Source of the DNA: an uncultured Pseudomonadota bacterium
GTDB lineage: Bacteria; Pseudomonadota; Alphaproteobacteria; RF32; CAG-239
NCBI GenBank assembly: GCA_902785935.1
Contig: CADAAN010000006.1
Coordinates: forward strand, 4,309-68,308
DNA: 64,000 nucleotides
Direction: 5' to 3'
Shown: piece after piece, positions 50,229 through 59,994 of the stretch
Layout of the letters: every line of letters begins with the position of its first letter
Position numbering within the stretch: position 1 is the first letter of the stretch
Position numbers and translations under genes: made by a program
The notes under the pieces: generated by a model
The model's input: the letters and a program-made list of their open reading frames with translations, nothing else
Told to the model about the DNA's origin: nothing
Databases searched by the model: none

Positions 50229-51551
50229 ATGAAAGTTACTGAAGAAAAATCAAAAGGTTTGATTAAAAAATTTAAGGCTGTTGTTGATGCCGCCGATTTT
50301 GAAAAAGAAGTTCAAGCACGTATCCAAAAGCTTGCCAAAGAAACAAAACTTCCCGGTTTCAGACCCGGCAAGGCACCGGCCTCAATCATCAATCAAAAAT
50401 TCCGCGGTACGGCTTTGGGCGAGGCTTTGGATAGAGTTGTTCAAAAAGGTGTTGCCGAGATTATCGACTCAAACAAGTTGCGTGTTGCTCGTGAACCTGA
50501 CGTTAAGCTTGAAAAGTTTGAAGACGGCAAAGATGTTGCCTTTAATATAGAAATTGAAACATTGCCTGAAGTCAAATTAAATGATTTTTCTAAAATTAAG
50601 TTAGAAAAACAGATGGCCGACGTCCCTGAAGAAGAAATCAACAAATCTTTGGAATATGTTGCCGCTTCACGTCGCGATAGTGAAGTTGCTCCTGATGATA
50701 AAAAGGCCGCAAAAGGTGATATTACGGTGATTGATTTCAACGGATCGATTGACGGTGTTGAATTTGACGGCGGCAAAGGCAAAGATTATCCTTTAGAGCT
50801 TGGCTCAAATGCATTTATCCCCGGTTTTGAAGATCAGCTTGTCGGCCTTAAAAAAGGTGATAAAAAAGATGTAAAAGTCGCTTTTCCGAAAGATTATCAT
50901 GCTCAAAACTTAGCCGGTAAAGACGCCGTTTTTGCAGTTGAGGTCAAAGAAGTCCGTATCTTAAAAAAGACTGAAATCAATGATGAATTTGCGAAATCAC
51001 TCGGTGCAAAAGATTTGGCCGATTTGAAAGAAAAGGTCGCCGAGCGTATCAAACAAGACTATGAAAGCGCCTCAAAAATGAAGGTTAAACGTGCTTTGTT
51101 GGATGTTTTGGATAAAGAATATAAGATTGAGTTGCCCGAAAGCTTGGTTAAGGCTGAATATGACGGCATTATCAAACAGTATGAGCATGCCAAGGCGCAC
51201 AATGAACTCGACGAATACGAAAAATCCAAAAAAGAAAAGGATCTTTTGAAAGAATATCAGGAGATTGCCGAGCGTCGCGTTAAATTGGGCTTGATTTTGT
51301 CAGAAGTCGGTGCTTTGGAAAAAATCCAAATCACCTCAGATGACTTAAACAAGGCCATTATGAATGAGGCTCGCAGATATCCCGGACAGGAAAAAGCCGT
51401 TTTTGACTTTTATCTCAAAAACAAAAATGCCGTTGAAGCATTAAAGGCGCCTGTGATGGAAGAAAAAATCGTTGATGCCATCCTTGCAAAAGTTCAGTTA
51501 ACCGAGAAAAAAGTTTCGGTCAAAGAACTTTATACTTTTGACGAGAAATAA
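50229..51551 (+). CDS. tig: Trigger factor
   Basis: N-terminal ribosome-binding domain (GFRPGKAP), central PPIase-like domain, C-terminal arm; 440 aa. The longer ORF from 50133 overlaps the tRNA and is rejected. Confidence 0.85.
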   Translation: MKVTEEKSKGLIKKFKAVVDAADFEKEVQARIQKLAKETKLPGFRPGKAPASIINQKFRGTALGEALDRVVQKGVAEIIDSNKLRVAREPDVKLEKFEDGKDVAFNIEIETLPEVKLNDFSKIKLEKQMADVPEEEINKSLEYVAASRRDSEVAPDDKKAAKGDITVIDFNGSIDGVEFDGGKGKDYPLELGSNAFIPGFEDQLVGLKKGDKKDVKVAFPKDYHAQNLAGKDAVFAVEVKEVRILKKTEINDEFAKSLGAKDLADLKEKVAERIKQDYESASKMKVKRALLDVLDKEYKIELPESLVKAEYDGIIKQYEHAKAHNELDEYEKSKKEKDLLKEYQEIAERRVKLGLILSEVGALEKIQITSDDLNKAIMNEARRYPGQEKAVFDFYLKNKNAVEALKAPVMEEKIVDAILAKVQLTEKKVSVKELYTFDEK

Positions 51552-51655
51552 TTTTTTCTTAAACTCAACAAAACCGTATGTGTGATACATGCGGTTTTTT
51601 TATTGACAAAAGTCAAATAATACCTTATAATGAAGGTGCTTAAAAATTATTATAT

Positions 51656-52186
51656 ATGAAAAATTTAAAAATTAAAAAGGGAGCCCTGCGCATTCGCCAG
51701 GCCTCTTTGGTGCTCGACACCAGAAAAACATTGCTAGCCATCAAGCTCACTGAGGCAGAAGCGTTTTCGCCTGAGGTGTTCTCCAAAAAATTCAAGGATT
51801 ATCCTTTAGGAAAACGCCTTGAATTTGGAGAAAAATACGAGGGATACATTGCCATCTGGCACCTCGGAAGACCGGAGATTAATTTTCTCCGCGGCACGCT
51901 TGAGCTTCAAACGGAGCGTGCCATCTGGAATACCCGGATCAATGAGCTCCTACAGGAAGAAAGGTACCTCCGCGTCGACGGCTCGCTGGAGTATGTTTGG
52001 GCCTTTGCCGATTGTTCATCAGAGATGATGGACACGGTAAAAGAAAAGCTCACAACAGCCCTGAGAATGTCCGCCCTCACCGGTGATGATCCTATTGCCC
52101 GGCTGACGGATGAAGAAGACAGGAACCTCAGGAAATACCTGGGGAGCTCGTACTATAAGACCTTCTTCACTGAACTGGAAGACTAG
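51656..52186 (+). CDS. Hypothetical protein encoded in a GC-rich (about 50%) probably foreign segment
   Basis: Sharp GC and codon-usage shift relative to the flanks; strong terminator aaccggcaac...gttgccggtttttt at 52203-52236. Confidence 0.45.
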   Translation: MKNLKIKKGALRIRQASLVLDTRKTLLAIKLTEAEAFSPEVFSKKFKDYPLGKRLEFGEKYEGYIAIWHLGRPEINFLRGTLELQTERAIWNTRINELLQEERYLRVDGSLEYVWAFADCSSEMMDTVKEKLTTALRMSALTGDDPIARLTDEEDRNLRKYLGSSYYKTFFTELED

Positions 52187-52252
52187 CGCGAGCACAAGAC
52201 GATAACCGGCAACCTTTAAAAGTTGCCGGTTTTTTCTTCATTTAAAAAGTAT

Positions 52253-52843
52253 TTAGTAGTCCCCTCTGATTACATGATAAAACCGACAGCTATCTAAACT
52301 TGTTTCACATGCCTGACAGCCCTCAATGATATCAGACATTTTGACCTCCGTAATACCTCCTGTAGGCCAATATATATCCTTACCGCCCACCTCTATCAAT
52401 CCGCCTGTCCACCATTCAACCGGGACGGCATTTTCCCATCCTGCAGAGGCAAAAGCAATACACGATTTTGAATCGGTGAAATGGATAACAAATTCACCCT
52501 GAACATATGAACCACCGCTATCATAAAAATCCATATTCAGCGTTCCTATCGGAAGTTTGCAAGCCTCGTCTCCATTAAGATCCGTTGTTACTTGACAATC
52601 CGGTAAAAGCCCGTATTGAATTAAATCTTCGGCATCACGAATCTCAATACCTTCTCCCCAGCCTTTTTGCTCCAACTCCATAAAGCGTTGAAGAATTTGA
52701 TTATATGTGTCAATTGTTTGATTCATTTTGTATTTAAACATTGCGGCAGAATAACCTTTGAGTGCGCCCGCCGACAACACACCGACAATAGCCAACACGC
52801 CCAGCATTTCAACCATACTTCTACCTATTTCATTAATTTTCAT
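52253..52843 (-). CDS. Type IV pilin-like protein (prepilin-type N-terminus)
   Basis: MKINEIGRS|MVEMLGVLAIVGVLSAGAL: a G, then E at +5, then a hydrophobic helix; preceded by family-A leader copy A3. Confidence 0.6.
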   Translation of the reverse strand: MKINEIGRSMVEMLGVLAIVGVLSAGALKGYSAAMFKYKMNQTIDTYNQILQRFMELEQKGWGEGIEIRDAEDLIQYGLLPDCQVTTDLNGDEACKLPIGTLNMDFYDSGGSYVQGEFVIHFTDSKSCIAFASAGWENAVPVEWWTGGLIEVGGKDIYWPTGGITEVKMSDIIEGCQACETSLDSCRFYHVIRGDY

Positions 52844-53026
52844 TGGTTATACCTTTCTTTCATAAAAAAAATTCCGTTTTATATAACCAAAAACGGAGGA
52901 GCTAACTAACTGCCATTGTACAGCTTGCTTTATTCGCGCATCACTAAAATACCTTATATCAGCAACTCCTCATCAAGGAGCTATACAATGGATGTGTTAG
53001 TTAAACACCGCAACCATTTTGGTTAC
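52844..53026 (-). ncRNA. Conserved structured 5' leader, family A (copy A3), with terminator ccgttt/aaacgg plus T-run
   Basis: Promoter TTGACT-16-AAATAAT at about 53030-53060 (minus strand); conserved motifs as in A1. Confidence 0.6.
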
Positions 53027-53253
53027 ATCCTGATTATTTCATACAAAAGCATAAAAGTCAAATACTTTTTTGTACATACAAAAAAAATAAATTTTTTTTG
53101 TAACAAAGTACTTGCAAAATTAAAAAAAATGTATATCATATAAAAAAGTGATGCAGATGTTTTTGATTTTGTCTGCACTTTGTTTCTCATTTTAACGAAG
53201 ATTTTTTTAGTATTAACAAAAGCTGCAAGGCTTTGCTTTTAGGTGTTTAAGGT

Positions 53254-53811
53254 ATGAAAAAAAACAACAACAACAAATTTCGGAACAATAACAACAATAA
53301 TATGTACAATTTAAACTATCGTTTTGACAGTTTAAGCCCTGCGGGTAAATGTTGCGGAACGGCACTTGATTTGATTAAACGCTACAACGACCTTGCAAAA
53401 GAAGCAGGCCTTGGAGGAAATTATGTTGAGATGGAAGTTTTTCGTCAATATGCCGAACATTATCGTAAAATTGTGACTGAAATCAATGAGCGCAAAAACT
53501 TTAATCAAAATCAACAGCGTCTTAAAAATCAATCTCAAGAGCAAGATTTGCCTGAACAAGAAGCTCAAGAAGATCAAGTTCAATCAGAAGCACAAGAGAC
53601 ATCTGCTGATAATGAACCCTCTCAGGCACCTATTGCCGAGCCCAAAATTTTGGTTGCAAAACCTTTGTCGCTTAAAAAGAAAAAATTTGAAATTGTTGAA
53701 GTCAGCTCTTCTGATTTAGAACAAAAGCAAGAAGAAGCATCGAAGCCGAAGCGCACTGTCAAGCGCAAAGCAAAAAGTACCGAGCAGGCACAGGAAGTTG
53801 CCGCGGTATAA
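53254..53811 (+). CDS. DUF4167-like protein with Asn-rich N-terminus
   Basis: N-rich tract then SPAGKCCGTALDLIKRYNDLAKEA...QYAEHYRK, resembling the alphaproteobacterial DUF4167 family; acidic/Q-rich C-terminus. Confidence 0.45.
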   Translation: MKKNNNNKFRNNNNNNMYNLNYRFDSLSPAGKCCGTALDLIKRYNDLAKEAGLGGNYVEMEVFRQYAEHYRKIVTEINERKNFNQNQQRLKNQSQEQDLPEQEAQEDQVQSEAQETSADNEPSQAPIAEPKILVAKPLSLKKKKFEIVEVSSSDLEQKQEEASKPKRTVKRKAKSTEQAQEVAAV

Positions 53812-53817
53812 TTTGAT

Positions 53818-54954
53818 ATGAAGGAGAAAATGATGATTTTTTTTATCGGTATGACGATTCTCGTCTTGGCGGCAATTGCGGTTGTTTATAAAACACTGAC
53901 CGGATATATTGATTTTGCATGGTACACAAAGCTTTGTATTTTAGCATTTTTGTTTGTGTCGTGGTTTGCACCGATGTGGCTCAGATGGTTGCGCCACGGA
54001 CCTGATTTTTTGGGCGGGACTTTTTATGATGTTGCCTATAAAGCAGGCTATTTTTTGATGGGTTTTGTGCTGATTTTATCGATGCTTTTAATTGCACGTG
54101 ATATTATTTGGCAAATACTTTACCTGATTGTCAGAAAATCAGCGCTTAATCCGGACAACGCACATCATATCAATATTTTGAACTTTGTTACGATAGCTTT
54201 GGCTCTTGTTATTTCAGGATATGGTGTTTATGAGGCACACAAAACGCCTGTTGTGCAAAATTTGACCATCAAAGACGCACGTATCAGAGAAAAATTAAAA
54301 TTTGTAGCGGCATCTGATTTTCACATCAATCAGTCAACACCCGATTTTCATATCAAAAAAATGGTAGATGTTATCAACGCGCAAAATCCGGATTATATTT
54401 TGCTTGTTGGTGATATTGTTGACGATGACCCTGAATTTACGATCAAAAAATTTGAACAACTCAAAGATTTAAAAGCTCAAAAGATTTATATTTCACTAGG
54501 CAATCATGAGTATTATCACAGACCGTACGCTTGGATTATTGAGTTTGCAAAACTCGGCTTTGAAGTCTTGCAAAATTCGGGCGAAAAAATCAATGGCAGC
54601 GGTATTTATGTTGCTGGTGTGCCGGATGTCGGTTCAACAAATGTCAATTATGAGCGTGCATTTGCCGCATCTGATGAAGATAACTACAAAATTTTGCTGT
54701 CACACGCACCGACCGATTTTAAGGATTTGGATAAGTCAAAGTTAGATATTCAGCTTTCTGGACATACGCACGGCGGGCAAATTTTTCCGTTTCAATACAT
54801 CACCAAAAAAGCAAATGACGGTTATCTTGCCGGTCTTTATGATGAAAAAGATGCCAAAATTTATGTTATGAAGGGTACAGGTTATTGGGGACCTCCGATT
54901 CGTTTGATGTCCGAGCCTGACATTTTGGTCTTAAACTTAGAGCCTGAAGAATAA
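53818..54954 (+). CDS. Membrane-anchored metallophosphoesterase (calcineurin-like)
   Basis: Four N-terminal TM helices; GDIVDDD, GNHEYY, SGHTHGGQ motifs. Confidence 0.75.
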   Translation: MKEKMMIFFIGMTILVLAAIAVVYKTLTGYIDFAWYTKLCILAFLFVSWFAPMWLRWLRHGPDFLGGTFYDVAYKAGYFLMGFVLILSMLLIARDIIWQILYLIVRKSALNPDNAHHINILNFVTIALALVISGYGVYEAHKTPVVQNLTIKDARIREKLKFVAASDFHINQSTPDFHIKKMVDVINAQNPDYILLVGDIVDDDPEFTIKKFEQLKDLKAQKIYISLGNHEYYHRPYAWIIEFAKLGFEVLQNSGEKINGSGIYVAGVPDVGSTNVNYERAFAASDEDNYKILLSHAPTDFKDLDKSKLDIQLSGHTHGGQIFPFQYITKKANDGYLAGLYDEKDAKIYVMKGTGYWGPPIRLMSEPDILVLNLEPEE

Positions 54955-55373
54955 TGTCATTTGATATCAAACAGGCCATGGATATTGCCTTAAATGAAGA
55001 TGTATCAACATCGCCTGACGGGGCTGTTTTGTATTCTGTCAGTTATCTTAAAACAACAAAAAACAGAGATGATGCGTACGCTTTTGTTCAAAAAAACAAA
55101 GATTGCAAAACACTTGATCATACGCCTTGCGGCAAAGCATTATGTGAAATGGATACTCGGAGAACAAACGACGTTTTACCAGAGGCCGTAAAAGAAGTTT
55201 GGAAAAAAGCATCTCAAAGATTTATTGCCTCCGCATCCGGCAACGTAACAGCTTTTGTTGATGGTGCCGATAAGAGAAGTACGTTTTGCAGCGTTGAAGT
55301 CCCTGCTATCCTAAAAAACAATAAAATCAAAACAATCAACGGTATTGATAAGTTTGAATTTTTGAATAAGTGA
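54954..55373 (+). CDS. Hypothetical protein
   Basis: 139-aa ORF translationally coupled to the upstream gene. Confidence 0.4.
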   Translation: MSFDIKQAMDIALNEDVSTSPDGAVLYSVSYLKTTKNRDDAYAFVQKNKDCKTLDHTPCGKALCEMDTRRTNDVLPEAVKEVWKKASQRFIASASGNVTAFVDGADKRSTFCSVEVPAILKNNKIKTINGIDKFEFLNK

Positions 55374-55490
55374 CAATATATTCATATTTTTTTAAGGCAA
55401 AACAATATTTTTTCTTGACAAACGGACAAAAGTGAAGTATAAGCTATTTTAATACAGTATACATATGTTTCACTTAAATTTATAATAATT

Positions 55491-56090
55491 ATGGAAAAGA
55501 TTAAATCTGCTGTCAATGAAGCAGCGTTTATTCAAAGCGCTGACAGAGAAACTGTCAAGGAGTACATCTCCAGACACCCCCTCCACATAGAAGCTGATAT
55601 CCAGCTCCTTGAACGTGGAGATAAGGAACTTATTAAGCTTTACATCTCGCAGTTTTGCTTTTTGAGCAAGGCTGAAATCAAGCTCATCGAGCTTAAAGAT
55701 AAGGAACTTATTAAGCTTTATATCTCTCGCTGCGGCTTTGAGGATGAGGCCAAAATCAAGTTCCTGGAGATGAAGGATGTGGAGCTGATTAAGTTTTATA
55801 TCTCGAAACGGCCGTTTTTCAAAGCGGACATTAAGTTCCTTGAGCTCGGAAACAAAGAACTTATCGAGCTTTACATCTCGAAGTACAGATTTGAGGCTGA
55901 AGCGGAAATCAAGCTCATCGAGCTTAAAGATAAGGAACTTATCAAGCTTTACATCAAAAATCATCGCCTGAGAGATGATGCTGAGATGAAGCTCCTCGAT
56001 CTGAAGGATATGGAGCTGATTAAGATGTATGCCTTATATCAAGGCTTTTCTGTAAGCACGCAGATAAACATCTGTGAACTTATTGTTTAG
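55491..56090 (+). CDS. Tandem-repeat protein (6 x 26-aa repeats; 78-bp DNA repeats)
   Basis: Repeats of the type AEIKLIELKDKELIKLYISxxxFxxx; near-identical 45-nt stretches at 55681 and 55911; GC slightly elevated. Confidence 0.55.
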   Translation: MEKIKSAVNEAAFIQSADRETVKEYISRHPLHIEADIQLLERGDKELIKLYISQFCFLSKAEIKLIELKDKELIKLYISRCGFEDEAKIKFLEMKDVELIKFYISKRPFFKADIKFLELGNKELIELYISKYRFEAEAEIKLIELKDKELIKLYIKNHRLRDDAEMKLLDLKDMELIKMYALYQGFSVSTQINICELIV

Positions 56091-56206
56091 AATTTTCTCA
56101 TTTACAATGTCCCCGCTGCAGTAAAAAGCCGCGGGGATTTTTTTAACTGAAATTTATTCTTTTTATGCTTAAACTTGATGTATCTGAACTTTAAGGAGTC
56201 ATCATT

Positions 56207-56614
56207 ATGTATTTAGAACGATTTGTAAACAAAAAAGAATTTGATCAATATGTCAATATTGTGAAATTGGCAGATGATATTGATGAAGACCAAAATCCGC
56301 CTCTTCGACTTAGAAATGAGATGGAAAAGGCTTTTGATTATACCTCTTCTTTGCCGCAGGATTACAGTTTAAGCATCGGGCCTTGGGTTTTGTATGCGTT
56401 GCGAACGGATGAAGGCAAGCTTATCGGAACGATTTGTATCACCGAAGACGGGCATTTCGGCAAGTGGGCGCAAATTGAATATGTCTCAATCTTAAAAAGT
56501 TATCAGCATCAAGGTTGCGGGCGTTTTATGATGCAGGAAATATTCAAAAAAATCAAGCAACATTCCGACTTTGATTGCGCTGTTTTGACAACCGTGCAAA
56601 GCGGAAAAAATTAA
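56207..56614 (+). CDS. GNAT-family N-acetyltransferase (probable)
   Basis: YQHQGCGRFMM resembles GNAT motif A (Q/RxxGxG/A). Confidence 0.4.
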   Translation: MYLERFVNKKEFDQYVNIVKLADDIDEDQNPPLRLRNEMEKAFDYTSSLPQDYSLSIGPWVLYALRTDEGKLIGTICITEDGHFGKWAQIEYVSILKSYQHQGCGRFMMQEIFKKIKQHSDFDCAVLTTVQSGKN

Positions 56615-56733
56615 GAAAAATGCGCCATGAATTATGCCGGAACAATCTCGTTTAACAATCGGTTGCGCCAATTTTATATTTGCAAAATATAAAAAAATAA
56701 CAAAAAATCTCTATTGTTTCAGATCCGCGCTGA

Positions 56734-57753
56734 TTATAAAAACACCTCATAGTCGTAATGATTTAAAATCGCATTTTTGAAAAACAGCACGTCATCTTCG
56801 CTGACAGGGGCAAAATGGTTGGCATCAACGCCGACATTAAGCCCGTTTTGGCTTACTTTTCTAAGGCCGTGAATATGCCCGAACAAGTTGAACATATCCT
56901 TTTTGCATTCGCTCGGCTTATGGGTTAAATAAACCGTATCGCCGTTTTTTAACGTCAGCGTGGTGTGCTCTAAAACGCTTTCAAAGCATTTTTCAAGCTC
57001 ATTATGCAATGCCGGATTTTCGCTTAAAGCATCGGTTTCGTAATTGCCCAAAATAAAATGAATCTTGCCGTGCAGATAAGGGCGCACACTCAAATTTCCG
57101 AAATCGCCCAAGTGATAAACCACGTCATCGGAAGCCACCTCATTGTTCCAATTTAAGATAAGCGCGGCGTCCATCTCTTTTGTGGTCGCAAACGGGCGGC
57201 GCGATAAATTCATCGCACGCTCGCTGCCAAAATGCGTGTCGGACGTAAAGAAAACGCGGCCGCCGGTTTTTAAGAGCGAGCGCACTTTTTCTAATGTTTC
57301 TTGATAGGTGTGATAAACATTGACATTTTCCGCTTGTAACCGCTTGATGATATAGCTTTTGCCGAAAAAAGCATCATCAATGCCGACAACAACCTGTTTT
57401 CTTGTGTGGTTATAATGGGTTTTTGCCATCCACTCTGCCAATTCAAAACGCGAGGTTTGCGCATAGTCGCGACCGGCGACATCGCTTTCCTTTGCAGGAA
57501 TCCAAAACATAATGACATCGGCAAGCGCCAAAAACTTACTTTCCCAATCAACCTGCATATCAAGGTTAAAATTCATCACATTTTCACGGCGCGGGTTGGC
57601 GACATAAACATCTAAATCCGCAAAATCTTTAACGGCTTGAGATTGCCAATCGGGCGCACCTTTAATGGGACCTGCCAAAAAGACGATTTTTTTATTAAAA
57701 TAATTTTGAACGGGCGATGTCGGCGTGATGAGTTCCATAATATTGTCCTTCAT
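56734..57753 (-). CDS. Two-domain protein: nucleoside 2-deoxyribosyltransferase-like N-terminal domain fused to a C-terminal metallophosphoesterase
   Basis: N-terminal KKIVFLAGPIKGAPDWQSQ...DVIMFWIP (NDT/LOG-like Rossmann); C-terminal DTHFG, GDFGN, GNYE, GHIH motifs. Confidence 0.5.
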   Translation of the reverse strand: MKDNIMELITPTSPVQNYFNKKIVFLAGPIKGAPDWQSQAVKDFADLDVYVANPRRENVMNFNLDMQVDWESKFLALADVIMFWIPAKESDVAGRDYAQTSRFELAEWMAKTHYNHTRKQVVVGIDDAFFGKSYIIKRLQAENVNVYHTYQETLEKVRSLLKTGGRVFFTSDTHFGSERAMNLSRRPFATTKEMDAALILNWNNEVASDDVVYHLGDFGNLSVRPYLHGKIHFILGNYETDALSENPALHNELEKCFESVLEHTTLTLKNGDTVYLTHKPSECKKDMFNLFGHIHGLRKVSQNGLNVGVDANHFAPVSEDDVLFFKNAILNHYDYEVFL

Positions 57754-57920
57754 ATCTTAAAATCTCGCTTTATGAAAACAAAACAAGCCTTGCCTGTCAA
57801 CATAATTATTGACAGTTTGTGCAAAATTTCATATCATCTGAAAAAAAGGAAAACCTCATGAATTTGTAGAAATCACGAAAGACACCATTATTTATCCGAA
57901 AATTTTGGAGAAGATATAAA

Positions 57921-58523
57921 ATGAAAATGGAATATATCATTTTTGGAACAACTTACGGATTTGCCAGCACCGAAACAACTGATGAAGAACAACGCTATAT
58001 TGAGCAGTTTTATCATGATGATGAGGGAAAGAGAACGTACGTGCACAAAAGGCGCAACAACAAAGTTTATTACACACGCACAATTTACGGCGATAAACAA
58101 AACCGGTTTTGCGACTCGAAGGGACGTCCGGGTGGCTTTTTTGGCATGACCATCGGTTTTGACGGACAATATTGCCGCGATTTTAACAAAATCAATGCGC
58201 TGATGGACAGAGTTTATGAAAACTTTATAAAAAAAGGATTCATCACAGAAAAAAACGGCACACACCAATATCATATTGCTGATTTTCAAACATATAATGC
58301 GCAAATACACGAGATTATGGCAGATGCCGTACAGTATGCAAACTTAAGCTCTGCCGATTTGGAAAAATTTACCTTTCACGAGCTTAAAGGCACATATCGC
58401 TGTCACCCAAATGATATGCCTTCGCTCAACAAGGCGCTGATGGATATGCCATATCATATTGATATTTCAGAAAAATATCCGACTCAGGCTATGCTGCGTG
58501 AAAAATTATCAAAAGTTAAATAA
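57921..58523 (+). CDS. Hypothetical protein
   Basis: 200-aa ORF with plausible start; no recognisable motif. Confidence 0.4.
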   Translation: MKMEYIIFGTTYGFASTETTDEEQRYIEQFYHDDEGKRTYVHKRRNNKVYYTRTIYGDKQNRFCDSKGRPGGFFGMTIGFDGQYCRDFNKINALMDRVYENFIKKGFITEKNGTHQYHIADFQTYNAQIHEIMADAVQYANLSSADLEKFTFHELKGTYRCHPNDMPSLNKALMDMPYHIDISEKYPTQAMLREKLSKVK

Positions 58524-58637
58524 TCGTCCAAATTCAGCCAAAGCAAAAAAAGTTGAAAAAAAACTAAAAAAAATATTGACAAAATAAAAAAAACGTGATA
58601 ACTTGAGGACAATAGAGTTCAATTTAGGAGAAAAAAA

Positions 58638-59234
58638 ATGAGTAAAATGAAAACAGCCGTTGTAACAGCACTAGTCACAGCTGCTGCTTTATTAGCCGCC
58701 AAAGGAGCTCAGGCTCAGACAAAAAGTGACGGCCCGCAAAGAGTGAATAAAGAAGCCACGGTCAATCAAAATAAAGCAAACGCTCAAGAGCTACTTAATG
58801 TAATGAATACGTTTTTGGGTAATCTTCCTGACATACATCACGATAATGGTGAAGTTTTAAAGCAAAGCGAATATGAGCTTACCGATTCCGGACTTTGGAG
58901 AACAGCAATGATTAATGTCGGTTCGTCTTATATATGCTTTTCAGATACTAGGGATGTTGATTATTCGAACCAGGAGGTGAGTATAACCATAGGTAATGAA
59001 GGTAGCAAGGACTACGTAGCCTATAGTGTCACGGATAATGGAATCAATAAGGTAGGATCTGAAGTACCTCTTTCAAACAAAAGCTATAATGAATTGGCAA
59101 GTATTATGGCAGGCTTTTTCAAGAGAGACGGACAAGATAAAACCCCTGAAGTTAAAGACTTCTGCTCAAATCACCAATCGACTTTGGATTTATCTCCTCT
59201 TCTCATAGCTAAGGCTTCGCAGAGAGGTAAGTAA
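58638..59234 (+). CDS. Secreted hypothetical protein
   Basis: Signal peptide MSKMKTAVVTALVTAAALLAAKGAQA; GGAG ribosome binding site. Confidence 0.5.
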   Translation: MSKMKTAVVTALVTAAALLAAKGAQAQTKSDGPQRVNKEATVNQNKANAQELLNVMNTFLGNLPDIHHDNGEVLKQSEYELTDSGLWRTAMINVGSSYICFSDTRDVDYSNQEVSITIGNEGSKDYVAYSVTDNGINKVGSEVPLSNKSYNELASIMAGFFKRDGQDKTPEVKDFCSNHQSTLDLSPLLIAKASQRGK

Positions 59235-59269
59235 TTTCCCGCGCATAACGCAGAGATTTTTATCAAAAG

Positions 59270-59395
59270 CAACCCGCCGGCTATGCCGGCGGTTCTGCAT
59301 TAACGGCTAAAAGCCTTTACCACTTGCAGCCCCTAAACGGGGCTGTTTTGCGTCTGACAGACGCAATCTGTTACTTCCTACCCCTCTGAAAGCTG
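59270..59395. repeat. Cluster of three consecutive GC-rich hairpins (probable IS200/IS605 subterminal end or sRNA)
   Basis: ccgccggc-tat-gccggcgg; cagcccc-taaa-cggggctg; gcgtctg-a-cagacgc; adjacent to the tnpA pseudogene. Confidence 0.45.
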
Positions 59396-59409
59396 GTCTT
59401 CCCTTAGTT

Positions 59410-59770
59410 GTTGTGATATATAGTTTTGTATCTTTTGGCTATCTTTACCTACCATATCCACATAGTACCCTCGACACCAAAATTCTCGATTTCGATATTT
59501 GTACCGCATTTGACACCACTGCTCGTATATCATTACCTTTTAAGAATCCCATAAAACTGGTGGTATCTCTACTAAATGATGTATATGATCCGGATAAGCT
59601 TCTCCTTCTATAATATTTACTCCTTTCCAGCTACATAACTCTTTTAATATTTTTACTATCTCCAGTCTTTTACTTCCGTAAAATACTTTTCTTCTGTATT
59701 TCGGCGCAAATACGATATGGTATTTACAATTCCAGCTCGTATGTGCTATACTTTTTACGTCATTTTTCAT
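59410..59770 (-). pseudogene. tnpA: IS200/IS605-family tnpA (Y1 transposase) pseudogene with in-frame stop and internal deletion
   Basis: HTSWNCKYHIVFAPKYRRKVF and DHIHHLVEIPP (HuH) motifs, then an in-frame TAA; the same frame continues with REFWCRGYYVDMVGKD, matching the TnpA C-terminus. Confidence 0.65.
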
Positions 59771-59994
59771 GATTAAATTCCTTATGTTTCTTGTTGCGTC
59801 TGCCAGACACTTCTTTCTAACTTAAGGAATTTATTTTTTCCACCCCTCGCTATAAGCTCTTTCGAACTACCAGCCTTGCCGGTGCTTTTCACAATATAAA
59901 GAACCGCGGGTGAGGAAACCCGCGGCGGATTACAATGTAATGAATTTTTTTAAAGATCATAATAATTTTTGGCAAATCCCACTAAGCTTTGCGC

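Noticed and set aside
53254-53310. AAC/AAT-rich simple repeat at the 5' end of the DUF4167-like gene
   Set aside because: It encodes an Asn run inside a CDS; it is neither a CRISPR array nor an intergenic microsatellite.
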